Source of the DNA: Candidatus Iainarchaeum sp.
GTDB lineage: Archaea; Iainarchaeota; Iainarchaeia; Iainarchaeales; JAXPJC01
Reading direction: 5' to 3'
DNA length: 64,000 nt
Assembly (NCBI GenBank): GCA_016187745.1
Contig: JACPJC010000001.1
Location: 29,571 to 93,570, forward strand
Position numbers and translations under genes: made by a program. Of this stretch, positions 35,234 to 44,209 are shown in pieces; within the stretch, counting starts at the first letter, position 1, and every line of letters starts with the position of its first letter. The notes beneath the pieces were generated by a model. It worked only from the letters and a program-made list of their open reading frames with translations, made no database searches and was not told the DNA's origin.

Positions 35234-36394
35234 ATGAGATGCGGGGGATTTTTGTTTACCAGCGAGGCGATGACCGAGGGCCATCCGGACAAGGTCTGCG
35301 ACCAGATTGCGGATGCGGTTCTCGACAAGATACTTGCGGACGACCCTTACGGAAGGGTTGCGTGCGAGGTAATGGCCGGAATGGGGTTCATTATTGTTAC
35401 AGGGGAAATAACAACAAAGACCTATGTTGATGTGCAGAAGATTGTAAGAGGCGTGCTTGAGCACATAGGCTATACAAAGCCCGAATACGGCTTTGACTAT
35501 CACACCGTTGGAGTGCTTACAGCAATACACGAGCAGAGCCCGGACATTTCACAGGGAGTTACTAAAAAGACCCCTAAGGAAGTGGGTGCAGGGGACCAGG
35601 GGATGATGTCAGGCTATGCGACAAACGAAACGCCTGAATTGATGCCTTTGCCGATTACCCTTGCGCACAAGATTGCGAAGCGCGCCACGGAATTGAGAAA
35701 GAACGGCACCCTTAAGTATTTGAGGCCTGACGGGAAAATGCAGGTTACAATAGAATATGACAAGGACAAGCCGGTGCGCGCGGATTCGGTTGTCGTTGCC
35801 GTCCAGCACGACCCTGATGTTACCTTGGAGCAGCTGCGCGAGGATGTGAAAGAGCACATAATAAAGCCCGTTGTCGGAAAATACCTTGATGAAAGGACAA
35901 AATACTACATCAACAACACGGGGCGCTTTGTTATTGGCGGCCCAGTAGCGGATTCAGGCTGCACGGGAAGGAAAATAATCCAGGACACATATGGCGGCGT
36001 GGGAAATCACGGCGGCGGCGCCTTCTCAGGGAAAGACCCCACAAAGGTTGACAGGAGCGCTGCATACTATGCAAGATATGTTGCAAAGAACATTGTTGCA
36101 GCGGGGCTTGCGGACCGCTGTGAAGTACAGCTTTCATACGTGATTGGCGGAACTGAGCCTCTCAGCATATTCATTGACATGCACAAAACGAACAAGGTAG
36201 ATCCGCACAGGATATATGATGCGGTGTGCAAGCACTTCAAGTTCGGCCCAGGGGAGATAATTGAGGAACTGCAATTGCGCAGGCCGATATTCAGCAAAAC
36301 CACAGTCTACGGCCACTTCGGAAGGAACGAGCCGGAATTCATATGGGAAAAGACCGACAGGGCCGAGCTTCTGAAAAAGGAATGTGGGCTTTAA
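35234..36394 (+). CDS. metK: S-adenosylmethionine synthetase, bacterial/eukaryotic type
   Basis: 386 aa. [57 protein letters not shown]. Confidence 0.9.
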   Translation: MRCGGFLFTSEAMTEGHPDKVCDQIADAVLDKILADDPYGRVACEVMAGMGFIIVTGEITTKTYVDVQKIVRGVLEHIGYTKPEYGFDYHTVGVLTAIHEQSPDISQGVTKKTPKEVGAGDQGMMSGYATNETPELMPLPITLAHKIAKRATELRKNGTLKYLRPDGKMQVTIEYDKDKPVRADSVVVAVQHDPDVTLEQLREDVKEHIIKPVVGKYLDERTKYYINNTGRFVIGGPVADSGCTGRKIIQDTYGGVGNHGGGAFSGKDPTKVDRSAAYYARYVAKNIVAAGLADRCEVQLSYVIGGTEPLSIFIDMHKTNKVDPHRIYDAVCKHFKFGPGEIIEELQLRRPIFSKTTVYGHFGRNEPEFIWEKTDRAELLKKECGL

Positions 36395-36471
36395 GAAATG
36401 GGGTTAATAAGGGCATTATGCCCTTATTTTTATTATTTTCATTTTCAATTTTCATACTTTAATGATCCAAA

Positions 36472-36924
36472 ATGCTTGAAGACTTTATTGAAACGAACAA
36501 GATTGCTGCGGAAATAATCAATTGCGCAAGGGAAGTGCAGAGCGCCAAGGACGTTATGGGCCTGCTGAAAGTTCCGCTTGAGAAAATTGCAAAAACAGTC
36601 CTTTTTATTGATTCAGGCGCCAATCCTGTTCTGATAATCCAGTCAGGCGATAAGCGCATTTCCACAGTAAAGGTATGCGCATTGCTTAATGTTACAGGCA
36701 TAAGGCTTGCAAGCGCTGAGGAAACACTTGAAATTACTGGCTATGAAATCGGGGGAGTTCCCCCAATTTCCATTTATGCGGTAAAAACCATAATGGACGG
36801 CTCAGTGGCAGCGCAATCAGAAGTGATAACCGGAGGGGGAGACAAGCTGCATCTGATGCGCATCTCCCCGAAGGCAATACAGGAAAACGTTGAAGGCATC
36901 ATAATCGGGGATGTTGCGGAATAA
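36472..36924 (+). CDS. YbaK/ProX-family aminoacyl-tRNA deacylase (trans-editing) domain protein
   Basis: 150 aa. ...LEITGYEIGGVPPIS... matches the ProX/YbaK signature. Confidence 0.7.
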   Translation: MLEDFIETNKIAAEIINCAREVQSAKDVMGLLKVPLEKIAKTVLFIDSGANPVLIIQSGDKRISTVKVCALLNVTGIRLASAEETLEITGYEIGGVPPISIYAVKTIMDGSVAAQSEVITGGGDKLHLMRISPKAIQENVEGIIIGDVAE

Positions 36925-36931
36925 TTCTAAT

Positions 36932-37183
36932 CTAAGAATCATCCTTAAAATGTTCTCTGAGAATTGTTTCTATTTCCTCAGTGGATTTTTCAGGACAATC
37001 TGTCCTGCCATAGTATAGTATAGTGTATTTATCATTTTCTAAAAATAAGAGAGGGCTACTTATAGCCATTGGAGACCTACTAAGTTCCTCTCTGTATTTT
37101 TTAAATATGTCCCACTTTGCCGCAGTCCATTTATTATAAAAGTCTAGGCCAATGGTGGGAGATACTGTTACAAATGTTTGCAT
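36932..37183 (-). CDS. Hypothetical protein, possibly the 3' part of a frameshifted gene
   Basis: 83 aa. Starts 2 nt after the stop of the upstream 74-aa ORF, in a different frame. Confidence 0.3.
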   Translation of the reverse strand: MQTFVTVSPTIGLDFYNKWTAAKWDIFKKYREELSRSPMAISSPLLFLENDKYTILYYGRTDCPEKSTEEIETILREHFKDDS

Positions 37184-37185
37184 TC

Positions 37186-37410
37186 TTACTTCATATTCAC
37201 ATTTAACAGCAGGATAAGAAACTTGCAGGTGAAATAGGATGTTGTTATCTCATATTCCCAACCACTGGGCAGAATTTCTGACAACTGCTTTATCTTGTCT
37301 TCTGAATTTGGTTGGAGAATATAAAAAATAGCTATCATAAGCAAAACAATGACAATCACTCCGAAACTGAACAACAATTTTTTATTCTTCATTACTCTAT
37401 ATTTTTTCAT
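37186..37410 (-). CDS. Small membrane-anchored protein, possibly the 5' part of a frameshifted gene
   Basis: 74 aa; MKKYRVMKNKKLLFSFGVIVIVLLMIAIFYIL is a signal-anchor. Confidence 0.3.
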   Translation of the reverse strand: MKKYRVMKNKKLLFSFGVIVIVLLMIAIFYILQPNSEDKIKQLSEILPSGWEYEITTSYFTCKFLILLLNVNMK

Positions 37411-37478
37411 TACATATATGAGTTAAATAAGATATATAAATGTTATAGATATACAAAACAATATTGCCACAGGTTATA

Positions 37479-38705
37479 CTAGCCAAACGCCTTAATTATT
37501 TTCTGCATTTCTCTTGCGAAAACATCAATTTCCTCTTTTGTATTGTAGAAATAGAATGAAGCCCTGCACAGCCCCCTCGGATTTATGCTTCCGACAAATG
37601 GCTCAGCGCAGAGCATTCCGCTCCTTATTGCAATGTTCGCGCTCTCATCAAGCGCAAGCGCGAGGTCATGCGCCTCCAGCTTTTCATGCTCAAAGAGGAC
37701 AATCCCGCCCTGCGTTTCAGGATTCTGCGTCCCGTAAATTTTAATTTTAGGAATTTTGCCTATTGCATCAAGCGCGTATTTTGTAAGCTCCTTCTCATGC
37801 TTCCTTATTTTATCCATTCCGGTTTTCTGCAAATATTCAATCGCAGCGCCCAATCCGTATGCCGCGGCAATATTGGGAGTTCCGGCTTCGAATTTGTATG
37901 GAAGGTCATTCCATGTTGCGCTGTGCTCGCTTACGGATTTTATCATGTCCCCGCCGTACATGAAAGGCTGCATTTTTTCAAGCAGTTCCTTTTTTCCATA
38001 AAGAACCCCGATTCCTGTGGGAGCAAGCATCTTATGCCCTGAGAACGCGAGGAAATCCGCATTGATGCTCCGGACATCAATAGGCATATGCGGGATGCTT
38101 TGTGCAGCATCCACAACAAACAATGCATTATTCTCATGCGCAATTTTCCCAATTTCCTTAACATCATTTATTGTCCCTGTTGAATTCGCAACATGCGTAA
38201 GGGAAACAATTTTCGTGTTTTTTGTAATTTTATTCTCCAAATCCTGCATATTGAGCGAATAATCAGGATTAAGTTCCGCAAATTTCAGTTTGATTCCAAT
38301 CTTCCTCTCAAGGAACTGCCAGGGGACAATATTTGAGTGGTGCTCGAATTTGGAAATCAGCACTTCATCCCCGGATTTGAGCATATTACCCGCCCAAAAG
38401 CAGTACATTAAGAGATTGAATGTCTCGGTTGTATTCCTTGCAAAAACAATTTCCTGCCATGATTTTGCGTTTATGAATTTTGCCGCACCTTTATGCGCAT
38501 TCTCATATGCAAGCGTGGCGTGCTCGCTTAATTTATGCACCCCCCTGTGGATGTTTGCGCATTCCTCATTGTAATAGCGCGCTTCAGCCCCAATAACCTG
38601 CTTCGGCTTGAGGGAAGTCGCCGAACTGTCAAAGTATATCAACGGCTTTCCATTTATGCGCCTCTGCAGGATTGGAAAGTCCATTCGCAATGAGCTGAAA
38701 TCCAT
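37479..38705 (-). CDS. Cysteine desulfurase (class V aminotransferase, SufS/NifS-like)
   Basis: 408 aa. PLP-Lys motif SGHKMLAPTGIGVLY and catalytic Cys loop RSGMLCAEP. Confidence 0.85.
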   Translation of the reverse strand: MDFSSLRMDFPILQRRINGKPLIYFDSSATSLKPKQVIGAEARYYNEECANIHRGVHKLSEHATLAYENAHKGAAKFINAKSWQEIVFARNTTETFNLLMYCFWAGNMLKSGDEVLISKFEHHSNIVPWQFLERKIGIKLKFAELNPDYSLNMQDLENKITKNTKIVSLTHVANSTGTINDVKEIGKIAHENNALFVVDAAQSIPHMPIDVRSINADFLAFSGHKMLAPTGIGVLYGKKELLEKMQPFMYGGDMIKSVSEHSATWNDLPYKFEAGTPNIAAAYGLGAAIEYLQKTGMDKIRKHEKELTKYALDAIGKIPKIKIYGTQNPETQGGIVLFEHEKLEAHDLALALDESANIAIRSGMLCAEPFVGSINPRGLCRASFYFYNTKEEIDVFAREMQKIIKAFG

Positions 38706-38773
38706 AGTCTCACAGAAGTAATGATATTTGATTAGTATTTTATATATTGGCTTTGTCGCGCAGTTAAGGGCCC

Positions 38774-39355
38774 TTATTCAAATATTGCATTGTCTGAATT
38801 CAACAAGGAAAATTTCCTTCCTTCTCTTTCAAGTTCAAATACTGCGCAGTCACCCACATATTTCAATTCCCCTGCCTTGACAACTTCCCTGACAATGCAT
38901 CTAATTGGGCCCGCATGGGTAAATATTGCTATGACATCATATTTTGAGCCTGCAATCTTGCGGAATGCCCTGATTACCCTTTTTTTAAGATGGCTGTAAG
39001 TTTCTGCGCCCTTTGCCGTCTTGCGGAAGTCTTCCAGCAATTTCACTTGCTCAGGATATTTCAATTTTGCCTCTGATTTTTTCATACCGGCCATTATCCC
39101 ATATTTGTTTCTTTCTCTGATGCCCCCAACAATCCTTAAATCGCATTTCAGGCATTTCTTCAGAATCTGCGCTGTTTCTTTTGCCCTGAACAATGGGCTG
39201 GAGAAAATAATCTGAATTCCTGATTTTGAAAGTTTTTTGGCAAGCTGTTCTGATTGGGCAATGCCTTTTTCTGTAAGATGGTCGTCATAATTTCCGCCAT
39301 AGCGCTCTTCAACATCGCCTGTAGTTTCCCCGTGGCGGATTAAATAGATTTTCAT
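38774..39355 (-). CDS. Histidine phosphatase (phosphoglycerate-mutase-like) family protein
   Basis: Start MKIYLIRHGETT (RHG motif); ...IFTHAGPIR. Confidence 0.8.
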   Translation of the reverse strand: MKIYLIRHGETTGDVEERYGGNYDDHLTEKGIAQSEQLAKKLSKSGIQIIFSSPLFRAKETAQILKKCLKCDLRIVGGIRERNKYGIMAGMKKSEAKLKYPEQVKLLEDFRKTAKGAETYSHLKKRVIRAFRKIAGSKYDVIAIFTHAGPIRCIVREVVKAGELKYVGDCAVFELEREGRKFSLLNSDNAIFE

Positions 39356-39359
39356 AGCA

Positions 39360-39824
39360 TTATCCCTGTTGCATTTCACACGTTTCCTTAAGGCAGTTGC
39401 AATCGGTGCCGCACTTCTGGAAATCCTTTACCGCGCAATTGCCAACATCAAATGGGCAGTCGCATATGGGCTCTGCTGTCTGGGGCTGGAAAATGCAATT
39501 GCTCGGGTCCTGCGGGTCGCAGGTCCCATAAACCGCGAGATTGTAAATCGCAAATGCGCTGTAAAACAGGCTCACAACCATTGCAATTGTCATGATCCAG
39601 GAAAGCAGCTCAAAGTGCCTGAATACGAATCCCCCGAGCTTGGGGCTTTTCTGCATTAGCTTTGTGGAAATCTTCATCTTCATCTTGTTGTCGAAGCCTG
39701 TGTTGCATTTACGCAGCGTAATTCTCCTGAAGATGCAGTTGAAGGCCTCCTTTGCGTAAGCGCGGTGGGTTGCGGAGAATATGCCCAGAATACCAAAAAC
39801 AACAAGCGCGATTATGCAGATCAT
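39360..39824 (-). CDS. Membrane protein with a Cys-rich C-terminal region
   Basis: 154 aa, 2 TM helices. C-terminus CDPQDPSNCIFQPQTAEPICDCPFDVGNCAVKDFQKCGTDCNC. Confidence 0.45.
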   Translation of the reverse strand: MICIIALVVFGILGIFSATHRAYAKEAFNCIFRRITLRKCNTGFDNKMKMKISTKLMQKSPKLGGFVFRHFELLSWIMTIAMVVSLFYSAFAIYNLAVYGTCDPQDPSNCIFQPQTAEPICDCPFDVGNCAVKDFQKCGTDCNCLKETCEMQQG

Positions 39825-39869
39825 TTCAGTGCCCCGCTATTTATATTGATAGAATAACTGCATACCTAT

Positions 39870-41170
39870 TGTGAATTACCATAACCTATATAATACTTGA
39901 GGTTATGGCTTCTTGCTTCATAGAACTACTTGCTGTTTCGTTCTCCACAAAGCCCCATCCCAGAGCCAATATGTTTTTAGCGGAATTTACATCTCTCTCT
40001 ATTTCCAATCCACAATCACAGGAGTATGTTCTCTGCGATAATGGAATGTCCTGCATAGCCCCGCAACTGCTGCACATCCTGCTTGTATTTTTTGGATTTA
40101 CTTCTATTACTTCTGCACCAGCACTTTCAGCCTTGTGCTTCAGCATAGAAGCAAATTTTGCCCAAGAACAATCAAGAAAATTGCGCATATTCCAAAACCT
40201 ATTCTTCTTTTTGCTGATCATTTCTTTTATATTCAAACCTTCAATGCAAATCAATTTGTTTTTGCTTACTATTTTTGTTGAGAGTTTATGCATAAAATCA
40301 TTTCTCTGATTTTCAACTTTCTCATATAGTTTGCCTAACTTTTGCTTTGCCCTTTTCCTGTTGTAGCTTCCTTTCTTTTTTCTTGATAAATCCTGATGTA
40401 CTTTTTTTATTTTCTTCAAACTTTTTTTCAGAAACAAAGGAGATTTTATTTTGTTGCCGTTGCTGTCTGCAATGAAATTCATAATTCCAAAGTCAAGCCC
40501 TATTTGCCCTTCTCCCTTTTGTTTCTTGTATATTTCATCTGTTATCAAAATAGCATACCATTTCCCCGCTGTCTTCTTGATTGTTATTTGTTTGATTGCT
40601 CCACTTGTTATTCTATGGCATCTGATATTTATTTTGCCTATCTTTGAAAGTTTGAGTTTTCCGTATCTTTTCCCTGTTTGTTCCAATTCATAACCGCTTT
40701 GGTTGTAGTTTATTGTCTTGAACCATTCCCTTCCCTTGAAGCGCAACTTTCCTACTTTTATACCCTTCCTTTTCAATTGTACCAATGCCCTTAAATTTCC
40801 AAACAGCTTATGGCATTCATATTGCAGAGTTTTTGAATATACATCATCCAATCCAGAAAATTCCTTTTTAAATTCAACAAGGCTGTGCTGTATTTCTTTC
40901 TTGTTTATTTTCTCACTTTTATTCATTTTTTCCAGCAGTTTGTTGTAAGTAAATCTGCACAAATCAAATGTTCTGAACAACGCCTGCTCCTGCTGCTTTG
41001 AAGGGTATAATCTGAATTTGTATGCCATCATAGCTATTTCCCCTTTCCGCGGCTTTCAGTATATTTTGCCTTTAAGTGGCTTTTAATGGTTTTGGAACCA
41101 TTTCGCCACTGAATTACGATATATACCAATTCATCTATAGCCTAACAAAGTTCAGGTTATAGACTCCTTG
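39870..41170 (-). mobile_element. IS200/IS605-family insertion sequence, tnpB-only (IS1341-like); no tnpA
   Basis: TnpB ORF, plus subterminal hairpins at both ends. Right-end hairpin ccataacct-N12-aggttatgg at 39879..39908 overlaps the tnpB stop. Left-end imperfect hairpin ctatagcc-N12-ggttatag at 41135..41162. Confidence 0.75.
39886..41031 (-). CDS. tnpB: IS200/IS605 transposon-associated RNA-guided endonuclease TnpB (OrfB)
   Basis: 381 aa. OrfB N-terminal helix MMAYKFRLYPSKQQEQAL, RuvC-like blocks, and a C-terminal zinc finger CSSCGAMQDIPLSQRTYSCDCGLEIERDVNSAKNI. Confidence 0.9.
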   Translation of the reverse strand: MMAYKFRLYPSKQQEQALFRTFDLCRFTYNKLLEKMNKSEKINKKEIQHSLVEFKKEFSGLDDVYSKTLQYECHKLFGNLRALVQLKRKGIKVGKLRFKGREWFKTINYNQSGYELEQTGKRYGKLKLSKIGKINIRCHRITSGAIKQITIKKTAGKWYAILITDEIYKKQKGEGQIGLDFGIMNFIADSNGNKIKSPLFLKKSLKKIKKVHQDLSRKKKGSYNRKRAKQKLGKLYEKVENQRNDFMHKLSTKIVSKNKLICIEGLNIKEMISKKKNRFWNMRNFLDCSWAKFASMLKHKAESAGAEVIEVNPKNTSRMCSSCGAMQDIPLSQRTYSCDCGLEIERDVNSAKNILALGWGFVENETASSSMKQEAITSSII

Positions 41171-41222
41171 GTGATAGGATTAAATCTTTTATTATCGTTA
41201 GTGTTATTGCGAAGGGAAGACC

Positions 41223-41882
41223 ATGAAATTTGACCTGCATGTGCACTCCTGTTACAGCAGGGATGCCGTAAATAAGCCCGAAACACTCATAAGGCGCGCG
41301 AAAGAGCTGGGAATAAACATTGCAATTACCGACCACAACACAACCGCCGCCTACCCCAAACTTAAAAAAATCAGCAAGAAGAGCGGCGTCAGCGTAATTC
41401 CTGGGATGGAGATGGATATTTATTCGGAAGGGAAATACCTGGGCGAATTAAGCGCGCTTTTCCTGCAGGAAGCGCCTAAAGCCAATGAATTTCCTGCAAT
41501 TGTTGATGAAATAAAAAAGCAGGATGCGCTGCTCTATGCGCCCCATCCCTTTGATGTTTTCAGGAGCGGGTTCAGGGAATTGGGTACGGTTGCAAAAAAG
41601 CTTGATGCGCTTGAGGCTTTCAATTCGCGCTGCTATTTCAGCGGATTCAACAGGAAAGCGGAGGCATATGCGGATGCGCATAAAATCTGCAAAATTGCAG
41701 GGAGCGATGCGCACTTCCCGCAGGAGATTGGGAAAGCGATAACGGAATTCAATTGCGATAATCTCGAAGGCGTGCGCAAGGCAATTAAAAAGCGCAACAC
41801 GCGCATTTATGGGGAAAAATCGAGCCCGATAGTGCATTTTTACACCTTTTTGAGAAAGCGTAAACTGTTGAAAGAGGCATAA
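41223..41882 (+). CDS. PHP-domain metal-dependent phosphoesterase
   Basis: 219 aa. MKFDLHVHSCYSRDA...ITDHNT...HP...GSDAHF. Confidence 0.8.
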   Translation: MKFDLHVHSCYSRDAVNKPETLIRRAKELGINIAITDHNTTAAYPKLKKISKKSGVSVIPGMEMDIYSEGKYLGELSALFLQEAPKANEFPAIVDEIKKQDALLYAPHPFDVFRSGFRELGTVAKKLDALEAFNSRCYFSGFNRKAEAYADAHKICKIAGSDAHFPQEIGKAITEFNCDNLEGVRKAIKKRNTRIYGEKSSPIVHFYTFLRKRKLLKEA

Positions 41883-41885
41883 GAA

Positions 41886-42209
41886 ATGATAAAATTCGAT
41901 GAATGGAAGAAAATTGAATTGAAAACAGCTAAAATCCTGAGTGTTGAAGATATTGCAGGAAAGGACAAGCTCTACAAAGTGCAGATTGATTTGGGAAGCG
42001 AAAAGCGCACTCTGGTTGCGGGGCTAAAGCAGCATTATTCAAAAGAGGAGCTGCAGGGAAAAAGCGTCATTGTTTTCTGCAACCTGGAGCCAAGGAATGT
42101 TGCAGGGATTGAGAGCAACGGGATGCTTCTTGCGGTAAGGGATGCGGAAGGGAAATACAGATTGCTTGGCGCAGAGGGGAATATTGCGCCCGGAACGCCA
42201 ATAGAATAG
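41886..42209 (+). CDS. tRNA-binding domain protein (Trbp111/CsaA/MetRS-C-terminal-like OB fold)
   Basis: 107 aa. ...KTAKILSVEDIAGKDKLYKVQIDLG...LVAGLKQHYSKEELQGKSVIVFCNLEPRNVAGIESNGMLLA. Confidence 0.75.
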   Translation: MIKFDEWKKIELKTAKILSVEDIAGKDKLYKVQIDLGSEKRTLVAGLKQHYSKEELQGKSVIVFCNLEPRNVAGIESNGMLLAVRDAEGKYRLLGAEGNIAPGTPIE

Positions 42210-42247
42210 CTTTGGGTTTACATTTCTACCAAAAAATTAAATAGCTG

Positions 42248-42988
42248 ATGGTACTTAATCTATGCATGGCTCCGAATTTTCTAAAGTTTCTTAAACTCCA
42301 GAGAAAACCTGTTGTGCGGAAAGATTCTGCGGAATATCTTAAAGACCCGAGAAATGCAGATGCCGCCAACTCCTTAAGCAAGGCGTTCTATGCCCATGGC
42401 TTAAAAAAAATAATAGTGGGCAAACTGCCCCTGCCTGCCCTTGCATTCGACATCAGGCAGGTGCGCGGAAAAATCATAAACAGAAATGCGCCATTAATTA
42501 TTGACCCGCATTTTGTTGTGGCGCTTGCGGAGGTTAGGGCCGTCTTGCCTGAGCTAGCAGAAAAAATCATAAGATATGAAACATTATACCATATGCGGAT
42601 GCGCGAACTTCTCAATCCGAAAGTTCACAAACAGATTTTTGGGACAAAGCCGACTGTTAAAAGCATCAGTTCCCCTGAATTCAGGAAAAAAGCAAGGCAG
42701 CTGCTTACTGCGGGCACATACCGTCCGAATTACAATGTGAAGCCCGAGGAGCGCACAGAGTGCCTGGCTTCATTGATGCTGATGAATTTTCTTGGATCCA
42801 CTGTTGCAGTCAAAGGCGAAAAACGGGCAGCAGAATTGGCAAGTGCGAAAAATGTGCGCTGGATAGTCAATATGGAATACAATGCCCCTGATTATCAGTT
42901 TGCCTCTGCAAAGGAAAAGGAAGCAACATCAAATCTGACATACAATCTTATTAGAGAATTTTTCTACAAGAGGGCGCTGTTGGGCTAG
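42248..42988 (+). CDS. Hypothetical protein
   Basis: 246-aa ORF with no recognisable motif. The true start is uncertain (MVLNLCMAPNF...). Confidence 0.45.
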   Translation: MVLNLCMAPNFLKFLKLQRKPVVRKDSAEYLKDPRNADAANSLSKAFYAHGLKKIIVGKLPLPALAFDIRQVRGKIINRNAPLIIDPHFVVALAEVRAVLPELAEKIIRYETLYHMRMRELLNPKVHKQIFGTKPTVKSISSPEFRKKARQLLTAGTYRPNYNVKPEERTECLASLMLMNFLGSTVAVKGEKRAAELASAKNVRWIVNMEYNAPDYQFASAKEKEATSNLTYNLIREFFYKRALLG

Positions 42989-43048
42989 CATAATATGCAA
43001 AACACATCGCAGCCATTAGCCACAATGTAAATTCTAAAAAGAGATTGA

Positions 43049-44203
43049 TTATGCAAACATGCTCAGGATATAGGGCAGCGCTATTATAACTCCAATTGTT
43101 GAGCCTAAATTTGTATATGCTGCAACAAGCAGCAGATGCGTTACCTTGTTTTTCTCAAAATCCCTGTAGCTGTTGAGATTGCTCAGATTCTCAAAATCCT
43201 CAACCTTTGGCATGGAGTATTTCGCTTCCATTGCCGCAGCAAACCACCCGGATGCAAGCGCGGGATGCAATGTCGTAAAAGGCGCCGCGAGGAATGCGAC
43301 AATAATTGACTGCAGGCGCGACCTTGCAAATAATGCGCCGAGCGCTGAGAAAATTCCAGTAATGAGGAACCATATTCCGAAAATATACAGGCTTGCCTCA
43401 ATCCCCTTAAGGAAAAAGCCGTATGCAATAAATAAAACAAACAGCGCAGGCACAAGATATTTCAGGTAGCGGAGCAGGCTTTTTTTCTTCTGCACTTTCT
43501 CCAATTCAGAAATGTCCCTTTTCCTGTCAAGGCATTTTTTAATCCCCTGGAGATGGCCTGCGCCAACCACTGCAACAATTTTCCTTCCCCTCGCATCAAG
43601 GATCTTGTTTGCAATATACAAATCGCGCTCATCAACAAGCACTCTCTTTATTGTGGGCGCCTCGTGGCTGAGCTCCTCCATCAGTTTTGTAATCACATCC
43701 TTGTTTTTAAGCTCCTCAATAGTTTCCTTTGTTATTTTCTCCTCAACCCCTGAAAAGAGCCCGACAACAATCCCGAACCCGAGTTTAAGTTTTTCCCATA
43801 GCGACATTAAATCAAACGCCCTTTTCAGCGTAATTCTCACATCCCTGTCGAGCAGCACAACGGGAATTTTTTTCCTTTCGGCAATCCTGATTGCGGCAAG
43901 CATTTCGCTTCCGGGTTTTACCCCGATTTTATTCCCAAGCCTGCGCTGCAGGTTTGCCAACAAAAGATTCACAAGCAGGAGGTAAATCCTGCCGGATTTT
44001 ATCACGTCCATTATGTTGGTTTCCCTCCACTTGCGCTGGTTCTTCAGCTGCCCGTAGCGCTGCGCATCAAGTTCCACTCCAACACAATCGGGCTTTTCCT
44101 TCTCAATTGTCTTTTCAACAAGCTCAATGCTGCCCCGGCTTATGTGGGCAGTGCCTACAAGAATTATTTTCCTGTTCTTGTCCCCGATTTTCTCTATTGT
44201 CAT
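43049..44203 (-). CDS. TraB/PrgY/GumN-family protein
   Basis: 384 aa. N-terminal ILVGTAHISRGS...DCVGVELD, and a C-terminal multi-TM region. Confidence 0.7.
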   Translation of the reverse strand: MTIEKIGDKNRKIILVGTAHISRGSIELVEKTIEKEKPDCVGVELDAQRYGQLKNQRKWRETNIMDVIKSGRIYLLLVNLLLANLQRRLGNKIGVKPGSEMLAAIRIAERKKIPVVLLDRDVRITLKRAFDLMSLWEKLKLGFGIVVGLFSGVEEKITKETIEELKNKDVITKLMEELSHEAPTIKRVLVDERDLYIANKILDARGRKIVAVVGAGHLQGIKKCLDRKRDISELEKVQKKKSLLRYLKYLVPALFVLFIAYGFFLKGIEASLYIFGIWFLITGIFSALGALFARSRLQSIIVAFLAAPFTTLHPALASGWFAAAMEAKYSMPKVEDFENLSNLNSYRDFEKNKVTHLLLVAAYTNLGSTIGVIIALPYILSMFA

Positions 44204-44209
44204 TTAAAA

